Assembly: GCA_964276515.1 (NCBI GenBank)
Contig: OZ193909.1
Span: 2,852,001-2,916,000, forward strand
Source of the DNA: Gordius albopunctatus
Lineage: Eukaryota
DNA length: 64,000 nucleotides
Direction of reading: 5' to 3'
Shown here: positions 28,401-41,500 of the stretch, piece by piece
How positions within the stretch are numbered: position 1 is the stretch's first letter
Layout: each line of letters opens with the position of its first letter
The notes under the pieces: model-generated
The model's input: the letters and a program-made list of their open reading frames with translations, nothing else
Databases searched by the model: none
What the model was told of the DNA's origin: nothing
Program-made: the position numbers and the translations under genes

Positions 28401-31400
28401 AGCCAGGGTAGGATGTGCGACTCAGCTCTCTATGACTACATTCAATTTAACCAATTTAAATTTATTGAATTTGAATTAGTTCTGTAAGAATGACCACACA
28501 TTTGTGCAAGGGACGCGTGGCTATGAAACCGCAATGGCTACTTAATATGCATAAGCATACAACTTTAATTACAGCTTTTATAAATTAAAATGAGTTGTCT
28601 ACTGCAAAAATCAAGTAGAATAAGTGAAAATTAATAGAGCAACTTGAAAGTGGTACAAGAGGTATAGTTCTTAAAAAAGAGCCTGAAATCATAACTATCT
28701 GCATATATTGAAAATAAATTAGCCCCAGATAATTATTAACGAGGTTTCAAAATGCCTTCCTCTATATATATTAATATACTTAGGACTCGGCTGCAATTTG
28801 GCAATAATCCTAATAAATCCCAAAGGAATTATATTATCTAGTAATTTATAATTGCGTTCTGTTGTGTAAATCGGAGGCAAAGCAATGTTGGAAATTATAC
28901 CAAAAAATGAAGTTAAGATAAGATTGGACATCTGTAATTAGGTTAAGGATAGACTTAGATAGCAATTAAGTGTAATTTCCCCCTTAAAAATGTCATTTCT
29001 ATTAATTGCTAATGCTATGGAACAATTGAAACCAAATTAATGATTAATGTCATTAATAGATAAATAAATGACTTCAAGAATTTACTTTTCATTGAAACAA
29101 AAACATATCGTTTACATAATACGGATTTTTCCGAACGTAAAACATCTTAAATTAATAAATGTTTAAAATATTGTTGTAAAAATGGCTGGTTTTTTTTATT
29201 CGTCCTTTGAATTTAGTCGACTAAACATAACGAACCATAAAAAACACAGCCAAGAAGTTTAAAAGATATTAGCATCTTTTAACCAAAGGGATACATTCGG
29301 ACACTTCTTGTGAATACTAATACAACTAACTTTCTTCTAAGAGATTTTTTGAAGTCAACTCCCTTTCTAGAGTTATATATAGTGTCCTTCGTTTGGATTA
29401 GCCTTAAGCCTGCCTAAAATCAATGATATTTTTAGGCTTTAAATAAGTGTATCGAGCTTATTAAAAAATTTCATTTAAAATTAATTTTACTTCAAGTTCC
29501 GCGCATATGAAGTCAACAAATTTTTAATTACGACAAAATTATAGTTTGTGATAAAGGATTTTAATCAACATTATTAAAAGAGTATGTAGGCAAATAATAA
29601 AATTGTATTTGTTTTGTCAGAAAGTCAATTTCATTTCTTTAAATTTTTATTTTGGCATAAGTGTCACACATTATGTCGTAAAATGTTTACAGCACATTAA
29701 CCTTTTGGTAAATTAGATAAAAGTCGAATTAACATTTTATCAGCCATAAAAAGTTTTACATTCAAAAGAGCCAAAATTCTTTTAAATATGACAATGTATC
29801 ATTTATATTAATTATTTAATTAATAAGTGATTTACATGCAAAACTACCTTTTTCATAATATTCATAAGATAATTTTAGATTAAATTAGAATTTTACGCTA
29901 TCTTCTCACCATGGGGGTACAAGGGGAGGCAGAAAGAGGTAATAACCCTCTCGATAGATTCAAAAAATCTTAATGTATAATAAAATTATCATTTTTACGA
30001 TTGTTTATCACATATGCTGGTCACCTTTCAACTCTAATTTCCATTTGTCCTTGTATTTACAGAATTTTTATATTTATTTTTTATGTTTAAATGATAAATG
30101 CTGCTTTACCCTGGCTGCCCCTATGATGTTGGCTATTCTTTATCGCTCCCACTCCCACTCATTAAAAAGCGATCTTTATTTTTACTTTTTAATAAAATAG
30201 ATTATAAAAATGAAAGCTTTGTTTTATATTTAAGATTTTTGGATGCTTGAAAACTTTAAAAACACTCAATAGGATAAAAATATGTTAGCAATTTTTTTAA
30301 AATTTTAGTTCAGTTTCTTAAACCAATTATTATTAATCTTATTTTTAAAATTGTATTTAGTCCGTGTTGTTGTATGATATATATGATCAGATTTTAATTA
30401 TATTCGCCATTCTGACCTTTTATTGAAATATCTAACGATATACATAAAATAGAACAGCTTCAAATCATTTAATTTAAATTTCTATGATTTTGAAATATAT
30501 AGGGTTATTTTAATTTTTAAATAAGCAAAACTGCCTATTTCGGGTATTAAAAAGTTTCAGTATTTTTGATAGAATAAATAGATAAATATTTTCTCTTAAT
30601 ATTGCATTTAGGTGAGCTAGGTAAAATAGGAGATAAAGAACCAACGGAGGAAGAATTAAAGCGAGTGGCCGAAATCGAAGAAGCTAGAAAAGAAGCGGAA
30701 GAAAAACGGCAAGAAAAGCATAGAAAAATGGAAGCTGAAAGAGAACTTATGAGATCAGATATACGATCAAAAGTATAAATTATATAAAAAAATATTTAAT
30801 CTATTTTTTATAAAAATAATAAATGATTATACATTTGATAATATGGAATATTATGAGCATTAACAAAAAATTAGTTGAATTACTTAAGGTTTAAATGAAC
30901 ACTTTAACATAATCTATATATATAAAGTAAAGTCTATGTATGTGTGTATGTATGTATGTAAAGGCTAAATTCTTAAACTACCGGCCCAATTCGCGCGAAA
31001 CTTTACCCGTAGGTTCCCAGGGCGGCCAGGGGTAAAATATCTTTTTCAGAATCCTAAAATTCCTTTTAGTTTTAAAAATATGAGCTTTTTAGTTTTAAAA
31101 AATGGCTTAATTCTAAAACTACCGGCCCGCTCCGCGCGAAAATTTAGCCGTAGATGCCCAGGGATGCCAGGGGTAAAATAGCTTTTTCAAAATACCTTTT
31201 AGTTTTAAAAATATCGGACATTTCCCGGCCAGTTTCATTTATAGCAGCATATACAATAATGACGTCATACATACAAGGCATGTTACAGTCTACGGTCAAA
31301 ATTATTGGGGTTTATATATGACCCCATTTTAGATAAGTCTTATTAATAGGTTATACATATTTAACCATGGACTGAGCCAAAGCAACGCTTGGCCGGGCAC

Positions 31401-32272
31401 AGCTAGTTATAAATATTTTCTGTATATGTCCACAAATACTTTTGCACACTAAATAATTAGGTTTCTTGGCATGGGCGTAGCCAGGTTTGGAATTAGAGGG
31501 GGGGGCAATAATGATTTAGGCAGGGGCAAAATGATAATTTACAGAAATTTTAGCCATAATTTTATGATATTCTAAAGGATTTCTGGATTTAAAGGGGGGG
31601 GGACAGCCGCCCCTCCTTAACCTCCCTGGCTATGCCCATGTTTCTTGGTGACTTCGTTATATATTATAACACACTAATTTTAATTAATAGTACAATCTTA
31701 AGAAAAAAGAAATTCCTGTACCCATTGAAGATGATGACAGTAAAATGGGTATGACTAGGAAGAAAAAAACGCCTGAAGAAATGGCCAAAGAAAAAGAAAT
31801 GGATTTATCCGGTATATCATACAAAACCAAGGCATTTTGTATTTTTTTATTCTTCTTTTTTGTAAAAATATATTTAATTTTATTTATTGTTATTAGAATA
31901 TCGCGGGAATGTATATTTTATTCAACAGGGGATACATGTTTTATTTCAAATGTATATACGTGGGGGTAGCCAGCATTAAAATTTGAGAGGTGCAATAATG
32001 ATTTAGGTAGAGGCTAAATGATCATTTTTTAAACTTTTAGCCATGATTTTCAACAAATTTTTTGGATTTAGAGTGGGGCAACCGCCCGTCCCTGCCATCC
32101 CTGGCAACGCTTATGTGTACATATGTTAGGATATGCCTTATGTTAAAATTAAATATTTATTCCAATATTATTCCTTATATTAGACAAACCACTCATGGAT
32201 CAAGTTACCGAACAAATCACACAATTGACAGATCGGGCAACCAAAGCGGTCGAGCAATGCAATCTCTCCTAA
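25478..32272 (+). CDS. cpx: Complexin (synaphin), 140 aa, 4 coding exons: 25478-25529, 30612-30772, 31691-31811, 32184-32272
   Basis: MEFVAKQMMSNKLGAVKG N-terminus, central helix EEARKEAEEKRQEKHRKMEAERELMRSDIRSKYNLKKKE, RKKKTPEE motif and C-terminal CAAX (CNLS). Introns are GT-AG and phase compatible. Confidence 0.95.
26275..26438. mobile_element. Small MITE with about 39-bp TIRs, Mutator-like
   Basis: GGTGGCCCGTCAACTTGCCG..CTCGCCGAATT is inverted at the other end; 9-bp TSD AAAGTTGAT/GAAGTTGAT. Confidence 0.7.
26552..27215. mobile_element. Second hAT-type non-autonomous element (TAGAGCCCTGCA TIR) in complexin intron 1
   Basis: Perfect 12-bp TIR, subterminal CCCGA/TCGGG repeats and TSD ACTACAGG/CCTACAGG. 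Partial relatives lie at about 15337-15440, 41245-41335 and 43355-43416. Confidence 0.85.
30913..31406 (+). mobile_element. Non-autonomous Helitron in complexin intron 2
   Basis: A|TCTATATATATAAA start, (GTAT)n, internal duplication of about 100 bp, subterminal hairpin GCCAAAGCAACGCTTGGC, CTAG|T end, no TSD. Confidence 0.85.
31470..31640. mobile_element. hAT-type MITE copy in complexin intron 2
   Basis: TIRs and a perfect 8-bp TSD TTTCTTGG. Confidence 0.9.
31959..32115. mobile_element. hAT-type MITE copy in complexin intron 3
   Basis: Degenerate TIRs; TSD TGTATATA/TGTACATA. Confidence 0.8.
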
Positions 32273-34233
32273 TACATTTCATACAATACGTTGTTGTAAA
32301 TATCAATTGATAAATAATTTTAACAATGCATCATATTTTTTGTGCTTATCATATCAGTTTGGTTAGCTCTTATATCGTAAAATCACTCGTCTTAGATGGA
32401 TTATGGATAATAAAACAACATATTTTTAACAGTTGATCATTGGTGATGTAAAAAGGTAATTGACTAGTTTATCATTAAAAGTATTCAATGTAACAGCCAC
32501 GATTTCTCTTGAAGAGAACCTATGATTCAGAAATGTAGAGATCTAGAATAAATTTTAATTTCACGTCTTAATAGGTATTTCGTATTCGGGAATAAAGACC
32601 TACTCACGCTTAACTATTATATAAACATGCTTTAAAAAATTATTTATAATAATAAAAAGGTTTGAAACAATTAATTAATTTTTTTGTTATTTTTACTTAT
32701 ATTATAATCATATTTGTTAAATTGCTAACTTGCTTCAAGTCCAAACGCGAGCACGCACACTGAGCTGTTGGTGCTCGCCGTTTGGTGCACTAGGCAGAAC
32801 AGTAGCATATAAAAATGCTCGAGCAGCAGGTCGAAGCAGCAAAATCTGTTGAGCATTGAGCAGATTGCCCAAGCAGATATAATTTCTACGGGTTAATAAC
32901 TTTAATATTTGCTCATATTATATATCATAGATAAAATTAAGAACTTTGCCTCCCCTTTTTTTGTCCCGTTGGTTTGCCCCCCCCCCTCTTTTTTACTCTC
33001 TTTCTCACCCAGAGGGGAGGGGGCGGGTGTTGTAGGGGTTCATTTAGCCAGTTTAGCAATTAACCGATATGTATCAACAACCTAGACAAGTTGCAAAAAG
33101 AAATTTATGTGTAAGGCTAAGCAATCGAGCCCATAAACACTACCAGCGGTCATTAGCTAGGCTATTTACGAAAGCAAAAGTCTTTTACAGAAGCATAAGT
33201 CCACAGCCATTAAAAACCCATATAAGTTTCCACAGCAATTATTGAAAAATTACAAGTCGGACGGATGGACAACCAAAAGCGAGCTCATAAATTGCATAGC
33301 AATTAAAGATTGCTCATGTCATATGGTAAAATGTGCATAGGTGTGGCCAAGGGGGGGGGGGCTGCGCACCACTAAATCCAAAAATTTGTTGAAATTTATT
33401 TAAATTATGGCTAACATTTCAAAAAGTTATCATTTTGCCCTCATCTAATTCCAATGCTGACTACGCTCGTGCAATTGCAAATATGTACTAATAAATTAAC
33501 AACCATTAGGAATTTAACAATCTCTCATGTCTTACTGCAGTGTACCCCAAACCCCATTATTGTTAAAACGTAAAAAGTGAATTTAGCTTCCTCATTAGTT
33601 AATAAAAAAGAAGGCGAATAAATAATTTTTTAATAAAATTCAGATCGCACTAAATTGCTTTAACATTACATCCTCACAGTATTTTTATTTTTTATGACCT
33701 TTTAAAATGATATATATTTTAAAACGCCATTTATGTTCAAATAATTCAATATGTTTTATCACGTTTTCACTTCAATTAATCAAAATTAATATAATCTATA
33801 TGTCCACGTTTCAAAATGGCGAAAAAATGGTATACACTTATTTAAAGTTGATAAGCAGTCGAGTGAATATGAACCTAGCGATGCGAGTTGTTGTCGACAT
33901 GTTTTCTTGCGATCTGATGGTACATCGTATATCCGAGGATGTTCCAGAATTTACATTCTTTCCTGCAATTTGGTACATCTTATGTCAAAATCGCTTATTT
34001 ACTATAATAATAGGCAATAAATAAGCGACTAAATCTAGTTATGCATAAATAACAAAGTCAATATTTATGAAGATTAATGCCTTACACCCTAAATGATTTG
34101 TTTTTAAAAATAAGAAAGATTGAGAAAACAAAACGATCATAATTAACTTATTTCCTCACCTCTTAACAAACCCCCTTTGCGCGTTTCCTTCGCTTCAACG
34201 CTAGAAGTTTTTTATTATTATTGTTTACAAGAA

Positions 34234-37200
34234 TTAACACTACCTACGACGGTCCCAAGTCCGTGTGAAAAAAGTGGAGGGTTGGCGTCAGGTCGGAAAC
34301 CGGCTATAAAAATCAACTCCAAAATTTATGATAGTTTCAAACGAGATTTTACAAGAAAAGGCTAGGGCGTCCTCCACAAACGACGCGCACTGCATACCCC
34401 GCCCGTGCAATGTGAAAAATACACTAGGGTTACTGCCTAACTCACAACGAAGGCGGTTAAGGAAACTAGTTGTGGAAAGAATGCGAATTACGTGCTGGAA
34501 TGTGGGAACGTTGACGGGGAAGAGCATCGAGGTCGCACAGATGTTAAAAAGAAGAAAGGTACACATCGCCTGCCTACAAGAGATGAGGTGGAACGGAACG
34601 AAAGCTCGGGAATTAGGAGAAGGATACAAGCTTTTCTACAGTGGGTCACCAAATCGTAGAAACGGGGTCGGTATCGTTCTAAGCGAATCGTTCAAGGACA
34701 AGGTGGTGGAAGTCAAACGTTGTTCCGACAGGCTAATGTGGGTGAAGATTGCGGATCAAGGGGGCCTCCTAACCGTTATGTGCGCGTATGCTCCCCAAAT
34801 TGGGTGTTCGGAATCAGAGAAAGACATATTCTTCGAATCATTGGAAAAGGAAATACAAGGAATCCGACAGGAAGAAAGGCTAATTATTGGGGCCGATTTC
34901 AACGCTCACGTAGGGAAAGATCGCCTCGGGTATGAACGCAATCATGGAGGCTATGGGCATAGTCTGAAGAACAAAGAAGGGGAAAAACTTCTCCAAGTAT
35001 CCCAAGCATATGACATGGCGATCGTTAAAACCTATTTTCAAAAGCGCAAAGATCATATTGTGACCTATAGAAGTGGGAAGCATTTTAGTCAAATCGACTA
35101 TTTGCTTATACGGCGAAAGGACTTATGGAGTATCAAGGATTGCAAAGTAATAACGGGAGAAGAAATCGCCAGGCAACATCGTCCCCTTGTTATGGATCTT
35201 GACAAAAGAGTATTTCCCGAAAGAAGAAAGGTATATGAACCTCGAATTCGATACGAAAGGCTAAAGGATACGTTGACGAACGAAGAATACCATCAAAAAG
35301 CCTCCTCACTCTTGGGTGCAAGGAAGTTGCAAAGGGACGTAGACGAAGATTGGGAGACGCTATCTAAGGACATTAAGGAAACAGCGATTCGTGTTCTAGG
35401 ACAGACCAAAGGAGGCAAAGCTATGAATAGGGAGCTATGGTGGTGGGATCAATCGGTTACAGATTTCACCGAAATAAAGAAAAATCTATATAGACAGTGG
35501 CATAAATCAAAAAAGTCGGAGGATTATCAAGAGTACAGGGACGCAAAGAGGGCCGCAAAAAGACCGTTGCAAAAGCGAAGAATGCTGCGTACACCGAGAT
35601 GGCAAACAAACTGGATCATAAAGAGGGCGATAGGCTTATGTACAAATTGGCCAAGATAAGGGAGAAGAAAAGTCGAGATGTCGGAGTTCTTAAAATAGTC
35701 AAAAGCGAGAAGGGTCAAACCTTATTCAAGACGAAGGAAGTTATGGAAAGGATATTTTAAGAAACTTATGAATATTGCAAATGACAAGGATTCCCTTCCC
35801 GAAATTGAGCCAAATATAAGTATGGTCGAACTCTTTCAGAAGGATGAAGTTAGGACACAAATGAACAAGATGCAAAAAGGAAAAGCAAATGGCCCAGATG
35901 GAATACCTATGGAAGCATTGCTCGGATGTCGTGAAGAAGGAGTCACCACCATGACGAACCTCCTTAACAAGATATTGGTAGAAGAGCGAATCCCTAATCA
36001 ATGGAGAGCAAGCACGATTATACCCTTATTCAAAGGGAAATGAGACCCTAAGGACTGCGGCAATTACAGAGGTATCAAGCTAACTTGCCACTCCTTGAAG
36101 CTTTTGGAAAGGATCTTAGTAACAAGGCTGAAAAACGAGGTGGAAATATCGGCTAATCAATTCGGATTCGTGGCCGGCAAATCCACAATCGACCCAATCT
36201 TCGCCCTAAGACAAATGATGGATAAGTATGGTGAAAAGAGGAAAGACCTACATATGGTTTTTATCAACTTGGAGAAAGCTTATGACACGGTCCCCCGCGA
36301 TTTAATATGGTGGTGCCTGAGGAAACAAAATATCCCTGACGCATATATACGGCTTATGAAAAATATCTATGAAGCCTCAAACTCTTGCGTTAGGACGACA
36401 GTTGGAGACTCTAAACCTTTTCGGGTTAATATTGGATTACATCAAGGCTCTGCTTTAAGTCCCTTTTTATTTAATATAATTATAGACACGATAACGAGGG
36501 ACTTTCAAAAGCGATCGCCATGGTGTATGCTATATGCCGATGATATAGTACTATGCGAGGAAACAAGGGAGAAGGTATTCGAAGAAGCAGAAAAGTGGTC
36601 AAAGCACTTAGCTGGATATGGTTTAAAGGTCAACGATCGAAAAACGGTATACATGGAAATGAACGGTACAAGCACCCCATCGCTGGATGACCACCCAAAG
36701 TACCCAAAAGTAGACAGGGTTAATTACCTCGGCTCTATGCTACATCAAGAGGGAGGTTGCGCAAGTGAAATCAATGCCCGGATTTAAAAAGGATGGCTTA
36801 AATGGCGAAGTATATCCGGTGTAATGTGCGACAAGAAAATGCCAATATGGTTAAAGAGCAAAGCTTACAAATCCATCGTAAGACCGGTGTTACTCTATGG
36901 AAGTGAAACATGGGCATTAAACACCACGGAAGGAAAGCTATTACAAGCCACGGAGATGAGAATGATACGGTGGAGCTTGGGGTATACTAAGCTCGACCAT
37001 ATGACGAATGACTTTCTCATGACAAAAATGGGTATTCAACCTATGGCGGACATGATTAACGAAAATCGGCTAAGGTGGTATGGGCATATACTACGAAGGG
37101 ACCCGGATGACGTAAATCGAAAAGTGCTAGACATGAAAATACCGGGGAAGAGAGGAAGAGGACGAACCCGTGTCACGTGGAAAGGGCAAGTCGATAAAGT

Positions 37201-37313
37201 TATGGAAACTAAAGAGATTCGTCAAGACATGGCACTAACCCGGTCAAGATGGAAGAGACTCATCAAAACAAACCCCACCAATGTGGGACCAAATAACTGA
37301 TAAAGAAGAAGAG
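34234..37313 (+). mobile_element. Near full-length RTE-clade non-LTR retrotransposon (APE endonuclease + RT), inactivated
   Basis: TCWNVGTL, LQE, GADFNAHVG and SQIDY (APE); NQFGF, GLHQGSALSP and LYADD (RT). It has a 3' CCCAC..GTGGG hairpin, a (GAA)n tail and a 12-bp TSD TGTTTACAAGAA at 34222-34233 and 37314-37325. Lesions: frameshift near 35560, stops at 36041 and 36785. Confidence 0.95.
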
Positions 37314-38563
37314 TGTTTACAAGAAATTCTTTTACTTAACAGGCTCTTTCATCTCATCAATGATAGATAACACACTCTACAAATATTGACTTTGATTTCA
37401 TCTGGCGAGAGAATTTTGCGCTGAAAAATATGTTTTTAATTTTTTCCCAAACTTCCCATTTTACTTTTTTGAGGCTCAATTGCCATGACATTTTTAATTG
37501 CAATCAAAAATTATTAATTTATCCCAGTATATTAAAGTCCATGATTTTATTTTTTTCATATCACCCTTATATTTAAATTTATATGCGTAAACCCCTTCCC
37601 CTTATCAAAATTCGTCCCGCTATGTCTGGAAAAAGGACTATATTAAGAAAGAGAGGAGAGTAGGTGAAGTGTATTATAATCCGTTTACTAGACATCCAAA
37701 ATTAAATATAAGGGTCATATAAAGAAAGAAAATAATGGACATATGTATATGAAACTTTAATCTACAAAAATAATTTTTGATATCAATAATTAACTAAAAA
37801 ATACTCCATCAGAATTATAGGTCTGATTGCAGGAACAGTGTAATTTGTGAGTAGGATATTTATATGCAATTTTATTTAAAATAAAAAGGTTATAAACAAG
37901 CGAAATGGGCGCTTGGTTAATTAAGAGTAATCTATGGTCAATTTATATCCTAACATAATTTTATAATAATTTTTTGCATCGAGAAACAATGTAAGATTTA
38001 ACATTGCCCCTAAAATTTAAGGCTTATACCCACATGCAAAAGTAACAAGTGATTTAATATCGATTATTCATCAGCATCATGGATAAATTTATGTACACGA
38101 AGACGTAAATTATAAGAAAATACAATACACATATGCATTCAATGGATAAAAGTGAAAAAACCTTGTAGAAAACCTTTAGTCCAGCCTTGAAATATCCTAT
38201 AGCATCAAACCTACAGGCTCATATCATCTAAAGGGTGCGTGTATAAATAAGATGAGTTATAACATACGGTTGAAGGGTAATATTATAGTGGCGACAACAA
38301 ACAATATGTGCTATTATGTACAACACCCATTTTGCGAGCCAAAACTGTGGCGTAATGCGCAGAGACTTTATCACCTATGTAACACACATATAAATAGTGT
38401 CAATATGGGTGACATATAAAAACAAATTAACGCCACGTTTCGGAGTCGCCCAGACACCGGGGTGTCTCAATTTCCTAAGGAGACTACTTTGCGATATTGG
38501 AAAGAGAGTATGATAATTTTGTTTGGGGTGTTAGCTGAAAATCCTGTTACTACTATAAAATTC

Positions 38564-41500
38564 CTATAAAGATTCGGCAAAAAGGGCATTATTGTGTTTG
38601 CAATCAAACACGTCTTCTTCTTCGTCGAGCGATGTGAGGGACAAATTGAGGGATTTGATAAAGTCTTTACACTCCTGGCCATCCTTGAAAGCCAGTTCAT
38701 TAACCAAAAATGACATCGACAATTTCGACTGCTTATACCTATCGGGGGGCATATCAACATGGATTAAGAGTATTTTTACGATGAAAATTTAATAAAAATA
38801 ATAATATATGACAATTATATTAATGAATGATCTTGAAGCACATCTCGGATGAGAGGATATGATAGCCTTAGAAAGGCCTAACTATACCTGCGTCCGAGAG
38901 CAGGGTGAAACCTGCCATAGCCTATTAAAAGATAAAAAACTAGCATATCTATTGATAAAAAGTAATTAAGCCAATGCCTTACGCTTTAATAATTTTGCCC
39001 AAAGCCAACTTGCGTTCACGCACAATAAACCAATCGATGAGGTAGGCGGACATGCGGAGCGCCTTCCTGGAATAGTACCTAAAAAAAGTATGGTAGTTAC
39101 CTAGGCTCCAAGCTGCGTGTAGCTTAATCACATATTTTATCATGGGATTGCCCAAGGATTCACCACTCAGTGACCCCAAACTTGTGTTGAGATCTGAAGG
39201 TTATACAAAAACATAAATAATGATAAGTTTTCCAAGTCATATATAAGTAAACGAAGTAAATGCAAAAAACTGGACTAAAACGTAAAATGTAATAGAATTT
39301 GCAAAAATGCGGTCCTACCAGATTCGGTTCAAATAGGCTATTTAAGGCCTTTTTAAAGTAAGGTTTATTATTTATAATGTGTTGAATTTAAATCTATAGA
39401 ACTTTACCCTAGTTTAACAGCAGGGTCAAGATGATTTTAGGGCAAATCAAATCACAAGCGTATTAGGATTTAGCAAAAAGCTTTTATAAATCGCATATTC
39501 ACAAAACCCACGCTTTATTTCGGAATACTTCAAAAAAAAAAAACAACGAATTTTGAATGTGTATTTAACTGGACTTAGCAAAAAACATGTAAAACCCAAA
39601 GTCGTTCAGGGCATACAACTGTCCTTGCAGGTCTCAATCAAACGCAAGACCCCATTTAAAAAGATTATTTTGAATAACGTATTTAACAAGATATAATAAG
39701 AAAATTAACATTAAGGGCGACATAAAGGGTTTATTACCTAAAGAGCTGTTGGTAAACATGTGGTATATGATTTGATAGGCTATAAATTCTTCCTTAAATT
39801 TAGACGTTTGCCCGTCAGAGTACAAAGCCTGAAGTTGGGATTGGCATTGATTGAATTCTTCGCGGTCGGCCTAACGGAGAGGAAAAGCGCAGAACGGTAT
39901 GATGTATACGATGTGATAAAAGTAAAAAATGCGCGACGAGTTAAAATCGAAATGGAGTAAAAAAAGTACCACTTCCAAGGCTATCCTGCAATGAGTTTCG
40001 TAAACTGCGACCGTTAAAGCATCTCTAATATTTTGGACCTGCAAAATAAGGGAAAAATTCAGTCGTATAAATGTTTAAAGTTTTTTTTGCGTAAATCGTA
40101 AATTACCACGAGATCTTGGCGGATAGACTTCAATTGTTCGCAAGCGTAATGGTAGTTGTGCTCTTCGCACCACTTCTTTTGAACGTGTAACAGCGATTTG
40201 TACAGCACGGCTGCCGGCCTGATCAATTCGGGATCGGGGGCCTGCACATATTTATAATTGCCGTTATTTAGACGTGAAGAGTATAAATTGATATGCAAAA
40301 ACTTGAACAAGACGTGAGTGAGCCCATAATTTGCTTAGCAAGGGGCTTTTTCTATGGTAAGGGTCTAAATCGAGCAAAGAAGGCTCATTGCGAACAGATT
40401 TTTGAGGCTTGAAACTGGTGTTGTAAAAAGGGCTGAATTTTGTCTGGACAGCCCAACCAATCTTTGGTTCGTTTATGTTTAGTCGGCCAAAAAACAAAAG
40501 GCAGCCCTTTTTACAAAACTACTTGAAACGGAGAGACCAGTTTAAACAAGCAAATTCATTGAAAGTAGCGAAGTGGGTTATGCAAAAACAACAACTAACG
40601 AATTGGATTGTTGGAAAAGCAAGGGGAAAAGTATAGCCACCAATTACCCAAATTTATCGTGAACAATTAAAAAAGATTTTTACCGAGGTTAGACGCAAGT
40701 AGGGTCTTTCGATGTTAGTAGATGTTCCAACCACGTGTAATTTGGTCCAATCAATAATCTCGCCGTCGGCAACAGAGTCCCCAAACTAATGTACGCATTC
40801 AAAAGGGCAAAATAAAAATTTTGCGGTTTATTAAATTTTTTTTGTTATTTATTAAAGTAAAATCATAAACTAATAAACGACCCAACAACTTATCCAAGAA
40901 ATTATAAGAGGAAATCTACTCAAATGTCAACACACACCCGACATTTATTTTAAATAAAATCACAATATAATTTTAACATATAAAGGGTAAAATGTATGAA
41001 AACTAAATTAAAAATTACCCCTAAAATACCAAATTTTGCGATCATAAAGTTGTTGTTCAGCCCGTTTTCTATCTTAATGTTTCGTCGGTTGATGGATTCT
41101 TGTTCTTCGTTAAGCTTGAACCGATTGGAACGCTTGTCGAGCAGCTCTTGATTCGCCGACGTGTCGCCCTGACTTTCTTTCCTACAAAAAGGCAGGCCAC
41201 AAATGAAGATATAATTTTTGCATTTTTATCAATCAGAGGTCTTCTACCCGAACTCGGCCCAATTTTATAATTGATCTGCCCGCCCGGCCATGCCCGAATT
41301 ATAAAAGCTACCCGAACTGCTCGGCCTGGCCCGAAATGGTGTTTTAAAATTTCTAGCACTAATATCGTTATATTTTTTAAAAATTTTATCTTAATTTTTG
41401 ATTTTTTTTTGAATAAAAACTAAAATTAACAAACATTATAAAATCAAATTAAAAAGTGACAAATACACAAAAAAGTAGAGTGGCAAACAGCTGATTTTTT

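Noticed and set aside
36041..36787. Programmed stop readthrough or an alternative genetic code in the RTE ORF
   Set aside because: The sister copy has sense codons at both sites, and host genes use standard stops.
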